From positions 3,028 through 51,604 of the forward strand of contig JBBDRK010000019.1 in assembly GCA_040905465.1 (NCBI GenBank): a stretch of DNA of 48,577 nt, read 5' to 3'. Under the pieces are notes generated by a model, which saw nothing but the letters and a program-made list of their open reading frames with translations, was not told the DNA's origin and did no database searches. The stretch comes from Trueperaceae bacterium. Lineage in GTDB: Bacteria > Deinococcota > Deinococci > Deinococcales > Trueperaceae. Below, piece after piece: positions 27,082 to 36,635 of the stretch (position 1 is its first letter; each line of letters opens with the position of its first letter). The position numbers and the translations under genes are program-made.

Positions 27082-28320
27082 ATGCATGAATCGACTGCCG
27101 CCGCCGGACCCGACGCACCGCCGGCCGCCCAACCGACCGCGGTCGTCGAGTCGGGAGGCGTTCGCTATACCCTTCTGGGAACCGCCCACGTTTCGCAGTC
27201 GTCGGCCGAGGAGGTCGAGAGGCTGATCGCAGGCGGCGAATTCGACGCCGTCGCAATCGAGCTGGACAGCGATCGCCACTCGGCGATCAAGGATCCCGAC
27301 CGTTGGAAGAGGCTCGACCTGTTTCAGGTGTTCCGCCAGGGCAAGGCCGGTGCCGTCATGGCCAGCCTGGCACTTGGCGCATTTCAGCAACGGCTCGCCG
27401 ACCAGGTGGGGATCCAGCCTGGACAGGAGATGCGAGTAGCGATCACGGCGGCCGAGAGGCTGGAGCTCCCGCTGCTCCTGGTGGATCGCGACATCGGAAT
27501 TACCCTCCGGCGCATCTACCGGAACGTTCCCTGGTGGCGCAGGCTGACTCTGATGGCGGGGTTGCTGGCGAGCGTGCTTTCCAGCGAGGAGATCGACCCC
27601 AAGGAGATCGAGAAGCTAAAAGAAGGCGACATTCTCGAAGCGACCTTCACGGAGTTCGCCGAGACATCGAGGGAGCTGTACGAGCCGTTGATCGCCGAAC
27701 GCGACCGCTACATGGCGATTCGACTCCAGGAGGAGGCGGGCGAAGGCGTCGAACCACGGTTCGAGCGAGTCCTGGTGGTCATGGGCGCGGGCCACCTCAA
27801 GGGAGTGCGAGAGCTGCTGGAGGCCGGCGGTCGGGCGTCGCCCGGTCAGGCTCGCGCCGAGCTGGAAACCGTGGCTCCACCGTCGATCTGGCCGAGGGTG
27901 CTCCCCTGGTTCCTGGTTGCCGCCATCATCGCCGGGTTCGCCGTCGGTTTCTGGCGCTCGCCCGATCTGGGCCTGGCGCTGCTGAGCGACTGGTTCGTCA
28001 TAAACGGTGTACTGGCGGCGATCGGCGCGACAGCCGCCCTGGCTCACCCGCTCACCGTTGTGGGTTCGCTGCTTGCGGCGCCGTTCACCTCGCTCAATCC
28101 GCTGGTAGGCGCGGGCATTGTCGCGGCGGGGCTGGAGTTGTGGCTGCGCAAGCCGACCGTGTCGGACTTCGAGACGCTACGACGCGACGTCACCACGGCG
28201 CGCGGTTGGTGGCGCAACAGGGTAGCCAGGACATTCCTGGTGTTCCTGTTCGTGACGCTCGGTTCCGCCGCGGGCACCTACCTCGCCGGCGCCCGGGTCC
28301 TCACGCGCCTGCTCGGCTGA
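27082..28320 (+). CDS. TraB/PrgY/GumN family protein
   Basis: LLGTAHVS, VAIELD, PGQEM, DRDI..TL.R, ERD.YMA, GAGH. C-terminal TM segments. Confidence 0.9.
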   Translation: MHESTAAAGPDAPPAAQPTAVVESGGVRYTLLGTAHVSQSSAEEVERLIAGGEFDAVAIELDSDRHSAIKDPDRWKRLDLFQVFRQGKAGAVMASLALGAFQQRLADQVGIQPGQEMRVAITAAERLELPLLLVDRDIGITLRRIYRNVPWWRRLTLMAGLLASVLSSEEIDPKEIEKLKEGDILEATFTEFAETSRELYEPLIAERDRYMAIRLQEEAGEGVEPRFERVLVVMGAGHLKGVRELLEAGGRASPGQARAELETVAPPSIWPRVLPWFLVAAIIAGFAVGFWRSPDLGLALLSDWFVINGVLAAIGATAALAHPLTVVGSLLAAPFTSLNPLVGAGIVAAGLELWLRKPTVSDFETLRRDVTTARGWWRNRVARTFLVFLFVTLGSAAGTYLAGARVLTRLLG

Positions 28321-28365
28321 GCCGGCTCGCTACTGCGCTACGTTCTAAGCGACCTGCGGGGTCCC

Positions 28366-30669
28366 TTACCGGGCCCCGTCCGGGTCCTCTTCTTCCAGCG
28401 CCTCGTCCGGTGCCCCCTCCAGCGCCCATTGGGCGTAGGCCTCGGCGAAGATGAACGACGCGTCGCGCGCGCCACTGGCCAGCAGGTACTCCAGAAATGA
28501 ATTCACGTCACTGCCGGTGCTCGAGCGAAACAGTTCGCCACCGGTCATGCCCGCGAAGCGACCTGCTTCCACCGCCGGCAGAGCCTGCTCTGCAGCATCC
28601 GCGCTCGACTGGAGCTCCGCCAGCAGCAGATCGGTCAGAAGCTGCGGTCGTGCCAGGTCTTCCGGCCCATAGAGTCGGACTCCGGTATCGAGCGCCTGCA
28701 TCTGCAGATTGCGGCCCAGCAGCTGGCGCAGCAGTTGAGGTTGTCCCGCCACCTCGAACATCACGGTAGCCGAGGCGTCACGACCTTCGTCGGCCCGCAC
28801 GACGACCGTCAGACGGTAGGGGCCTGCCTGGAGGTCGCGCGGCAGGGCCAACTCCATGTCGTTTACTACGAAGGCCACTGCCGCACGCGGCACTTCCACT
28901 GGCCGCTCAAGGGTCATGACCGATTCGCCGTCGGCAGTCGATAAGTCTACGGTCACGTCCAGCCGTTGCGGAAGCTCCTCACCGGGGGTGTAGACCTCGA
29001 ACGACGGATAGAGAGGATCACCCGGGTGGTACGGCCCGGCGGCCACCCTGCGGGAGCCGAGTCGCACGGTGACGACTCCGTCGGTCAGCTCTATGGGTGG
29101 CGGCGGAGCGCTGAGTATCTCGACTCGTTCGCTTGCCCGTTCCCGGAAGGCCGAGTCCTCGGCGCGATCCACATACAGCCGGAACTGCTCGGCCGCTTCG
29201 GAACGTCGGCCCTCGGCCTCGTACAGCATGGCCAGGGCGTAATGCACCGCCGGTTCGTCCGGGAACAGCTCAAGTGCCTGTTCCAGGTCGTCGATAGCCG
29301 CGTCGTCGACCTCGGGATCGCTGCGCAGCGCACTCAGATAGCTGGCGTTCGCTTCCTCCAGCCGTCCTTTCACCGCCTGAACGAGGCCCAGGTTGTACTG
29401 CGCGATGTATTGGCCGGGTGCCAGTTCGATCGCCCGCTCGGAGGCCCGCTCGCTCTTCTCGAGCATCCCCAGCAGGTAGTAAGCCCAGCCCAGATTCGTC
29501 CAGTAGAGGTCGCTTTCCGGTTCCAGCTCGACCGCCACCGCCAACGCCTCGGCTGCCGCCAGTGCGTCCTCCTGGTCGAACGCGATGAACGAAAGTCGCT
29601 CGAACGGGTAAGTGAAGAACGGGGCAACGCGGCCCAGGCGAGCCCAGGCCACCTTTTCGAGCTCGATGTCGCCGAGGCTGCCGGCGGCCGCAGCTACGCC
29701 CAGCAGGGCCGCCACATCTTCGGACTCGAGGGCGCGCTCGAGCGGCGCTTCGGACCCATCGGCCCCGCCGCCCAGCAGGAACGCCGCATGAGCGGCCTGA
29801 CCGTACGGGTAATCGCCGGGCAACTCGCCGAAGTGACGCTCGGCAGCGGCCAGGTCGTTGACCGAAGTCTCCAGGACCGCCACCCACAGCGCCGCCGCCG
29901 GCAACTCGCGAGCCTCCGCCAGCCGTTGAAAGTAGTGCAGCGCCAGCCGTTCGTCGAGCGGATCCCTGTTGACCGCCAGCGTTGCCAGCAGAGCCGGATC
30001 GGCTTCCCCCCCAGGCTCGAGTCCGTCGCGCTCGATCTCGCGCATGGCCTGCAGCAGTTGCCGGCTGCGGTCGTTCGGTTCTTCATCACCCTCCAGCACC
30101 CGCCGGGCGTCATCGATCAGGCCGGCCGCTATCAGGGCGAGCGCCTGACCCAGCACACCGTCGGGACCCGACATGTCGATATCCACGTCGGGCTCGTCGA
30201 CCGGAGTCCCCAGTCGACGAGCGACAGCCGCTATGGCGCGGGCGGCCAGGCGGGCGGGCTGGTCCGCCGGAGCCCTGATCGAGAACTCTCGCGTTCCCGC
30301 TCGGCTCGCCAGGAGCAGTCGCGCAACCAGGCGATCCCCTTCGAAGACGATGTCGCCTGTCAGAACCGCATCGGCTCCCAGGGCATCTCGCAGCAGCACG
30401 GTTCCCGTCCGGTTGGCGACCCCGCCGTCGCGCAGGAACTCGGTGGGGTTCAGGAAACCCTCGCCGATGGGTAACGGCGGAACCAGCGACGGTGCCACCG
30501 CGGGCCCGTAGACTTCATGCCCGTCGCCGAGGCCGGTAGCGATCCGGTCGGCCACCAGCGCTCCGATGAATGAGTCGCGGCTGGTCAGGGGATAGACGAC
30601 CAGCGTTTCGGCATATGCCGCCGTGGCGATCAGGAGCGCGGCAAGCGTGGCGAGGATTCGTGCGAACAT
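28366..30669 (-). CDS. Secreted TPR-repeat protein
   Basis: SD GGAGG, signal peptide (AYA). TPR motifs YWTNLGWAYY, AQYNLG, VHYALA. Beta-rich C-terminal region. Confidence 0.8.
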   Translation of the reverse strand: MFARILATLAALLIATAAYAETLVVYPLTSRDSFIGALVADRIATGLGDGHEVYGPAVAPSLVPPLPIGEGFLNPTEFLRDGGVANRTGTVLLRDALGADAVLTGDIVFEGDRLVARLLLASRAGTREFSIRAPADQPARLAARAIAAVARRLGTPVDEPDVDIDMSGPDGVLGQALALIAAGLIDDARRVLEGDEEPNDRSRQLLQAMREIERDGLEPGGEADPALLATLAVNRDPLDERLALHYFQRLAEARELPAAALWVAVLETSVNDLAAAERHFGELPGDYPYGQAAHAAFLLGGGADGSEAPLERALESEDVAALLGVAAAAGSLGDIELEKVAWARLGRVAPFFTYPFERLSFIAFDQEDALAAAEALAVAVELEPESDLYWTNLGWAYYLLGMLEKSERASERAIELAPGQYIAQYNLGLVQAVKGRLEEANASYLSALRSDPEVDDAAIDDLEQALELFPDEPAVHYALAMLYEAEGRRSEAAEQFRLYVDRAEDSAFRERASERVEILSAPPPPIELTDGVVTVRLGSRRVAAGPYHPGDPLYPSFEVYTPGEELPQRLDVTVDLSTADGESVMTLERPVEVPRAAVAFVVNDMELALPRDLQAGPYRLTVVVRADEGRDASATVMFEVAGQPQLLRQLLGRNLQMQALDTGVRLYGPEDLARPQLLTDLLLAELQSSADAAEQALPAVEAGRFAGMTGGELFRSSTGSDVNSFLEYLLASGARDASFIFAEAYAQWALEGAPDEALEEEDPDGAR

Positions 30670-30745
30670 GCTTCCTCCCGGGGGGTCGAACTCGATTAAC
30701 GCTAGCACTTAGTCGCGAGGTGCCCGGTTCGCGGCGACCGGCCGA

Positions 30746-31204
30746 CTACGCGAAGAGGCCCTCGAACTCCTCCAGGATGTCCTGGGCTCCTGCGGTGGAC
30801 CGGGCGATTACCAGAATGGTGTTCTGGCCGGCGAGGGTGCCGACGATCTCATCACGATCGAGCTTGTCGATCACATAGGCGATTCCGCTGGCATGCCCCT
30901 CATCGGTGTTGATCACTATGATGTTCTCGCCCCGGTCCAGGTCGCGAACGAAAAGCCGGAAGCGCTGGCTCAACTCACCGATCACGTCCTCCTGCGCCGC
31001 CAGTGGAGTGGAGCGGTAGCGATGCTGGCCGTTGCCTGCCGGCAGCCTGACCAGGCGCAACTCGTTCACGTCACGGCTAATGGTCGCCTGAGTTACCTTG
31101 ATTCCGCGACGGCCGAGATGCTCGGCGATCTCAGCCTGGGTCGAGATGAATTCGCTCTCGACCAACTCCTCGATTAGCCTCTGGCGGTACTCTTTGCTCG
31201 GCAT
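30746..31204 (-). CDS. argR: Arginine repressor
   Basis: TQAEIAEHL, VTQATISRD, EIVGTLAG.NT. Confidence 0.93.
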   Translation of the reverse strand: MPSKEYRQRLIEELVESEFISTQAEIAEHLGRRGIKVTQATISRDVNELRLVRLPAGNGQHRYRSTPLAAQEDVIGELSQRFRLFVRDLDRGENIIVINTDEGHASGIAYVIDKLDRDEIVGTLAGQNTILVIARSTAGAQDILEEFEGLFA

Positions 31205-31213
31205 ATTTATTCA
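31200..31213 (-). promoter_or_regulatory. Putative ARG box overlapping the argR start
   Basis: Minus-strand TGAATAAATATGCC, a near match to TGMATAWWWATKCA. It is an AT-rich island next to the -10 TATCGT. Confidence 0.65.
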
Positions 31214-31265
31214 CGATACACCGTCGCTGCGAGGCTGTGGGATACCGCAATACGGTATGAATTGC

Positions 31266-32612
31266 CTAATAATTCCCGTCTTCGACCGAGGCGGCCGCGC
31301 CATTCGTCGTCGTCCCCTCGCCGGTGTGGTCATCACCGCCGGACGGGTCGGACAACAGCTCCACGATCCGATCGAGTACCGTGTCCGCGAGCTCGCTCTT
31401 TGCCATTCTCGGTAGCGGCTCGGAGGTGCCGTCGGCGGTTACGATCGTCACTTCGTTCTCCTCGCCGCCGAATCCGCTTCCCGCGTGCGTGGGATAGTTC
31501 AGGCAGATGAAATCGAGGCGTTTGCGGCGCGCCTTGTCGGCGGCTCGCTCGACTCCTTCATCCGTCTCCATCGCGAAGCCCACGACCACCTGTTCGCTCC
31601 GCTGGTCGGCGAGGAGTTCCAGTATGTCCGGCGTTCGCACCAACTCCAAGCTCAGCCGGCTCCCCGACTTCGGCTCCTTGCGCCTCGCGGGCGTCGCCGC
31701 CCGCCAGTCGGCCACTGCGGCCGTCATCACCAGCACGTCGCTGCCGTCGAACTCACGGCTCAGTGCCGCCAGCATCTCCTCGGCGGTGGTGACCTGTCGA
31801 ACCTCTACGCCGGCCGGCGCGAGCAGCGAGGTCGGTCCGCTGACGAGCGTCACGCGCGCGCCCCGCGCGGCTGCGGCAGCGGCCACCGCGTACCCCATCT
31901 TGCCGCTCGACGGGTTGCTCAGGAATCGCACCGGATCGAGGTACTCCCGGGTCGGGCCGGCCGACACCAGCACCCTCCGCCCCGCCAGATCGGTGCTTCG
32001 GCTGCGGACCGGCTGCTCACCGGCATCACGGTTCCGGTCGCCCTCCGGCACCCGCTCCGGGACACCGGTGAACAGCTCATCCAGCCGCCGCACCAGCTCC
32101 TCGGGCTCGAGCATCCGGCCCGGACCTTCGCGCTCGCCGACTGTCGCCATCGCCCCCTGGCCGGGACCGATAATCGCGTGCCCGTCCGCACGGAGCTGCT
32201 CGACATTGCGCCGCACCGCTGGTTGCTTCCACATCTCGCCGTTCATCGCCGGCGCCCACGCCACCCTGGCCACACCGGCCACGACCAATGCCGAAACGAC
32301 GTCGTGAGCGTGTCCGTGTGCCCCGTTGGCCAACGCCTCGGCGGTAGCCGGCGCAATCAGCAGCAGATCCGCCCAAGCGGCCCACTCCAGATGGAGCGCC
32401 CGCCCATGCGGATCGAACCAGTTCTGCCGGTCGAGCACCTCGCCGCCGGCTGCCAGCGAGAGTGACAGCGGGGTGACGAACCGGTAGGCGTCTTCCGTGG
32501 CCGCAGCCCGGACGAGGTGTCCGGCATCGCGCAACCTGCGCAACACGAACGGCGTCTTCACCGCCGCCGCGCCGCCGGTCGCAGCCACCACGACTTTCAG
32601 CGGCGGTGCCGT
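31266..32612 (-). CDS. coaBC: Bifunctional PPC decarboxylase/PPC synthetase
   Basis: ATGG, APATA, PAMN, GPTRE.LDPVRFLSN.SSGKMG, AAVAD, GFA.ET. Start placed at ACG 32612 (see findings). Confidence 0.92.
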   Translation of the reverse strand, partial: TAPPLKVVVAATGGAAAVKTPFVLRRLRDAGHLVRAAATEDAYRFVTPLSLSLAAGGEVLDRQNWFDPHGRALHLEWAAWADLLLIAPATAEALANGAHGHAHDVVSALVVAGVARVAWAPAMNGEMWKQPAVRRNVEQLRADGHAIIGPGQGAMATVGEREGPGRMLEPEELVRRLDELFTGVPERVPEGDRNRDAGEQPVRSRSTDLAGRRVLVSAGPTREYLDPVRFLSNPSSGKMGYAVAAAAAARGARVTLVSGPTSLLAPAGVEVRQVTTAEEMLAALSREFDGSDVLVMTAAVADWRAATPARRKEPKSGSRLSLELVRTPDILELLADQRSEQVVVGFAMETDEGVERAADKARRKRLDFICLNYPTHAGSGFGGEENEVTIVTADGTSEPLPRMAKSELADTVLDRIVELLSDPSGGDDHTGEGTTTNGAAASVEDGNY

Positions 32613-32616
32613 GGGA

Positions 32617-32910
32617 TTACTCCCGCTCGCTCGCCACGCTGAATTCCGGACTCTCGGGGCGAGCGCTGGCGTCGAGGCCACGAGTGAGCTCCTCGGCGCT
32701 GGGCAGGTCGTCGCCCCAACGAATCGGCATGCCGAGCTCGAGCTCCTTCATCGCCACCGTTACCGTGTTCGACGTCTTGGGCAGCGTCTCGCCCGTCAGC
32801 AGCGAGGGGATTCCCGTCTTGAGCTGGGCGGCGCGCCTGGCGGTGATCATGGTCAGTCGGTAGCGCGAGTCGGTCAGCGCCATCAGTTCGTCGTAGCCTT
32901 CTTGAGCCAT
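32617..32910 (-). CDS. rpoZ: RNA polymerase omega subunit
   Basis: MAQEGYDELMALTDSRYRLTMITARRAAQL. SD GAGGAGG. gmk-rpoZ-coaBC synteny. TATAAT at 32980-32975. Confidence 0.93.
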   Translation of the reverse strand: MAQEGYDELMALTDSRYRLTMITARRAAQLKTGIPSLLTGETLPKTSNTVTVAMKELELGMPIRWGDDLPSAEELTRGLDASARPESPEFSVASERE

Positions 32911-33015
32911 TCGGGACCTCCTCGGTCGGATCGGTGGGGCGGCCGCGGGGGCTCGCGCCATCTGGAAACAGGCCATTATAGGCCGCTGTCGGTGCCTTCT
33001 GGGGTGCGCAGGCTG

Positions 33016-33630
33016 CTAAGCCTCGCGCAGGAACGCGGCGATGTCCTCGCTGCCCAAGTGAGCGGCACGTGCCCGCTCTGCCCGGATTATGGCGGCGAAG
33101 GTCGATGCTGCCTCGGTCAACCGATCGTTGACAACCACGTAATCGAACTCCGGTACCGCTTTGATCTCCTCGCGCGCGCGAGCGAGCCGTTTCTGGATCT
33201 TCTCCTCACTGTCGGTGCCGCGTCCGCGCAGCCGGCGCTCCAGCTCGGTGAGCGACGGTGGCGCGATGAACACCATGACCGCCTCGTTCAGTCGCTCCTT
33301 GACCTTGCGCGCACCCACCAACTCCAGCTCGAGCAGGACGTCGCGCCCTCGGTCGAGATTATCGAGGACCGGCCCGGTCGGGGTGCCGTAGTAGTCCCCG
33401 ACGTACTCGGCGTATTCGAGTAGCTGGTCGTGCTCGATCATGCGCTCGAACTCGGCATGGTCGAAGAAATAGTACTGGTTTCCGTGGATCTCTCCAGGGC
33501 GCTGGGCGCGAGTAGTGGCGGAAACTGAGAAGAACAGGTTGTCGATTTCGGGCAGCGTAGCCATCCGGATGGTGTCCTTTCCGACACCTGAGGCGCCGGT
33601 CATCACGAACAGAGATCCTCGTCGGCTCAA
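33016..33630 (-). CDS. gmk: Guanylate kinase
   Basis: GASGVGKDT, SATTR..RPGE..G..YYF, YYGTP, RLRGRGTD. Confidence 0.96.
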   Translation of the reverse strand: MSRRGSLFVMTGASGVGKDTIRMATLPEIDNLFFSVSATTRAQRPGEIHGNQYYFFDHAEFERMIEHDQLLEYAEYVGDYYGTPTGPVLDNLDRGRDVLLELELVGARKVKERLNEAVMVFIAPPSLTELERRLRGRGTDSEEKIQKRLARAREEIKAVPEFDYVVVNDRLTEAASTFAAIIRAERARAAHLGSEDIAAFLREA

Positions 33631-33743
33631 CTTTGCGCTCCGCTGGGGAAACTGGGGCGTGTGGCTTCAGGACGGGAGGCGCGGGTCATTTCTGGAATGT
33701 AACACGGCCCTCCGGACGATGGCGGAAGGCGAAATCGACCCGG

Positions 33744-36635
33744 TTACTCGCGCTCAGGCGTGGCTCCGCCGGACGACCGGTCGCCGTCTTCGCGACGGTA
33801 CAGCTCGAGGAACGCTCGCACGACCTGGGGGTCGAACTGCTCGCCGGCGCCGTCGGCGAGGTAGTCGAGGGCCCTGGCGACCGACCAGGCACGCCGATAC
33901 GGACGGTTGGAAGTGACGGCGTCGAACACGTCGGCCACGGCGAAGATCCTTGCTGGCAACGGAATCTCCTCGCCCCGCAGGCCCCTGGGGTAGCCGCTGC
34001 CGTCCCACTTCTCGTGGTGGCAGTAAGGAATATCGATCGCCGGCCTCAGGAACGTCACCGGATAGAGCAGCTCGTAGCCGAGCCGAGCGTGCTTCTTCAT
34101 CACCTCACGCTCCTCGTCGCTGAGCTCGGCGGGCTTGGCGAGAATGGCGTCGGGAACGCCGAGCTTGCCGATGTCGTGGAGCAGGGCGCCGCGGCGGATG
34201 TGCGCCAGATCGGACTCGGCTACTCCCATGTGCCTCGCCAGGCTCTCGGTGATTTCGGTTACCCGCCGGCTGTGCCCCTCGGTCTCATGGTCACGCAGGT
34301 CCAGCGCTCGTGCCCAGCCCTCTATCGTCGCGTCGTAGGCGAGAGCCAACTCGCTAGCCGAGCGCTCCAGCCCTTGAAAGAGCATCACATTGTCGATAGC
34401 GATGGCCGTCTGAAGTGCCAACGCTTCCAGGAATTCGAGCCAGTCGCCGGCCGATTCCAGCTCGGAACGGCCGAAGACTTCCAGGACACCCTGCAGCTTG
34501 CCCTTGGATACCAACGGCACCGCCAGGTAATCGCTGAATTCGCTCTCGCCTCCGGCAACCGGCTCGCGCGCGAGCTGGTTGCCGGCAAGACGCACGATCC
34601 GGCGCTCGAGTCCACAGCGGCCCACCGGTCCGTCGCCAAGGCGGGCATCGGCCGGACCGGATCGGTCGGAGGTGAATCCCTTGCTGGCCAGGCGGTCCAG
34701 GCGCTGGTTCGGCTCCTCGTACACCCAGACGCTGCAGGCGTCTGCCTCCAATTCCCGCACGACCTTGTCGAGCACCACGTTCAGCGTCAACCGCAGGTCC
34801 ACGCTGCCGGTGATGGCCATGTCGATCTCGTGCAGGGCGGAGAGGCGGGCCAGCCGCTTCTCCAGCTCCAGGTTGAGCTCACGCTCCCTCTCCTCCGCCT
34901 GCTGCTGCTGGCTCACGTCGAGTCCGGTGCCCATAACGAACGTACGCCCCCCCGCCAACAGCCGAACCGAGGAGAAGAAGTACGGGGTCTCCCGTCCGTC
35001 CTTGCCGCGCAGCCGCGCCAGTGCCGTCGCCGACCCGTCCTCCACCACCGAACGGATCCGGTCTTGCAGGAGCGGGCGTTGTTCGTCCGAGAAGAAGTCC
35101 AGCGGGGACATGGTGGCGATCTCGCTCTCGCTGTAGCCGGTCACGGCGTTCACATTGTTGTTCCAGCGAACCAGCCGGTAGTCCTCGTCGACGACGTAGA
35201 ACACGCCAGGCAGGCTGTTGATTACGGTATCGGAAAACCTCTTCTCTTCCAACAACGCCTCGGCGGCTCGCTTTCTCTCCGAGATGTCACGGACGATCGT
35301 CTGGTAGTTGCCGTCGGCCAGCTTCCTGGTGTTCGTTTCTACCGGAAGGTCATCGGCATGGGGGCGCCTCACTCTCCGCTCGTTGAGGACGGTATGGCCG
35401 GCGTCGAGGCGGGTGAACGGCAAGGTCCAGGTGTTCGAATCGCGATCGAACAGCCAGTTCCGGATATTGTAGGCGTCGTCTCCGCCAGAATCGGTACCGA
35501 TGAGCCCGCGCATCATCGGGTTCATCTGGCTGACACTGCCGTCCTCGTCGAACACCACGATGCCGTCGGATGCCTGCTCCACGAGGTCTCGGTATCGGCG
35601 CTCGGATGTTTCCGCTAATCGACGCTGCTCGCGCTCGCGGTCGAGCAGCCGGACGTTCTCCAGGGCGATCGCCGCGTGGTTGGCCGCCATCGCCAGCGGC
35701 GTGATGTGACTCTCGTCGAAAACCGCCGGTTTGGTGCTCTGCAGCTCGAATGCGCCGATGGTTCGGCCGGCCACCCGTAGCGGAACCGCGACGGCCGACT
35801 TCGCTTTGTTCACGTCGACGTCGCTCCCCAGTTCGACCACGGGCAAGCCGAGTTCCACCACCTCGGCCCTGTAGTCACGCACCAGCACCACCTCGGCCGA
35901 CTTGATCGCCCGCCCCTGTGGACTGTCGTGGAGCGGCATCTTGGGCAGTTCGGCGGGATCGTGCTCCTCGTATACGCCGCTCACCACGCCGGCCGTGTAT
36001 TCGCAGGTGCGCAACTCGGTCTCGTGATCGAAGCTCGCCACGAAGATGCTGTCTGCCGGCGTCGACCAGATACAGAAGTCGAACAGAGCCCGGTAGACGC
36101 TGCGCGCGTCGGGAGCCAATCCCACCTGTTCGGCCAAGCCGGCGAGGCGGTCGAGGAGCGCCAGGTAGTCCCGCTGCGCTTGCTCCCGTGCCGCCTCCAA
36201 CTCCCGCTCGGCCACGCGATTTTCCTCGCGCAGCTCCCATGCGCGAAGTGCGCCCTTGATTGCTTCGCCCAACCGCGCCAAGCGGTCCTTGAGGAGGTAG
36301 TCGGCGGCGCCCAGCCGCATGCATTCGACCACCACCTCCTCGGTCACGGTACCGGTGACGATGATCACGGGAATGTCGAGCCCGCGCTCACCGAGGATCC
36401 GCAGAGCGTCGGCGCCGTTCATGTCCTCCAGGCTGTAGTCCGCCAGGATTAGATCGAACTCGTCCTCGAGGGCGTCGAGAAATCCCGACTTGCTGGCGAC
36501 CACCCGCGGCACCGGATCGAAATTGCTCCGCCTCAGCGCTCGCAACAGCAGGATGGTATCCGTTTCCTTGTCTTCGAGGATCAGGACCCGCAGTTGTGCT
36601 CTTGCCGCTTCCCGGTTGAGTTGCTCGTCGTTCAA
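33744..36635 (-). CDS. REC-GAF-PAS-PAS-GAF-HD-GYP cyclic dinucleotide phosphodiesterase
   Basis: REC (LED, LADY, VTG, YLLK), GAF and PAS domains. ETEGHS, LLHDIGK, HHEKWDGSGYP, DVFDA. Start uncertain (TTG 36635 after GGGAG). Confidence 0.92.
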   Translation of the reverse strand: MNDEQLNREAARAQLRVLILEDKETDTILLLRALRRSNFDPVPRVVASKSGFLDALEDEFDLILADYSLEDMNGADALRILGERGLDIPVIIVTGTVTEEVVVECMRLGAADYLLKDRLARLGEAIKGALRAWELREENRVAERELEAAREQAQRDYLALLDRLAGLAEQVGLAPDARSVYRALFDFCIWSTPADSIFVASFDHETELRTCEYTAGVVSGVYEEHDPAELPKMPLHDSPQGRAIKSAEVVLVRDYRAEVVELGLPVVELGSDVDVNKAKSAVAVPLRVAGRTIGAFELQSTKPAVFDESHITPLAMAANHAAIALENVRLLDREREQRRLAETSERRYRDLVEQASDGIVVFDEDGSVSQMNPMMRGLIGTDSGGDDAYNIRNWLFDRDSNTWTLPFTRLDAGHTVLNERRVRRPHADDLPVETNTRKLADGNYQTIVRDISERKRAAEALLEEKRFSDTVINSLPGVFYVVDEDYRLVRWNNNVNAVTGYSESEIATMSPLDFFSDEQRPLLQDRIRSVVEDGSATALARLRGKDGRETPYFFSSVRLLAGGRTFVMGTGLDVSQQQQAEERERELNLELEKRLARLSALHEIDMAITGSVDLRLTLNVVLDKVVRELEADACSVWVYEEPNQRLDRLASKGFTSDRSGPADARLGDGPVGRCGLERRIVRLAGNQLAREPVAGGESEFSDYLAVPLVSKGKLQGVLEVFGRSELESAGDWLEFLEALALQTAIAIDNVMLFQGLERSASELALAYDATIEGWARALDLRDHETEGHSRRVTEITESLARHMGVAESDLAHIRRGALLHDIGKLGVPDAILAKPAELSDEEREVMKKHARLGYELLYPVTFLRPAIDIPYCHHEKWDGSGYPRGLRGEEIPLPARIFAVADVFDAVTSNRPYRRAWSVARALDYLADGAGEQFDPQVVRAFLELYRREDGDRSSGGATPERE

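Noticed and set aside
27082-28320. TraB as evidence of a conjugative element
   Set aside because: It belongs to the TraB/PrgY/GumN family, common on chromosomes. No T4SS, relaxase or integrase is nearby.
33633-35618. Long antisense ORFs (also 7070-8416, 12581-14383, 28966-30474, 37211-38950, 47091-48434)
   Set aside because: These are shadow ORFs opposite well-supported genes, expected in high-GC DNA.
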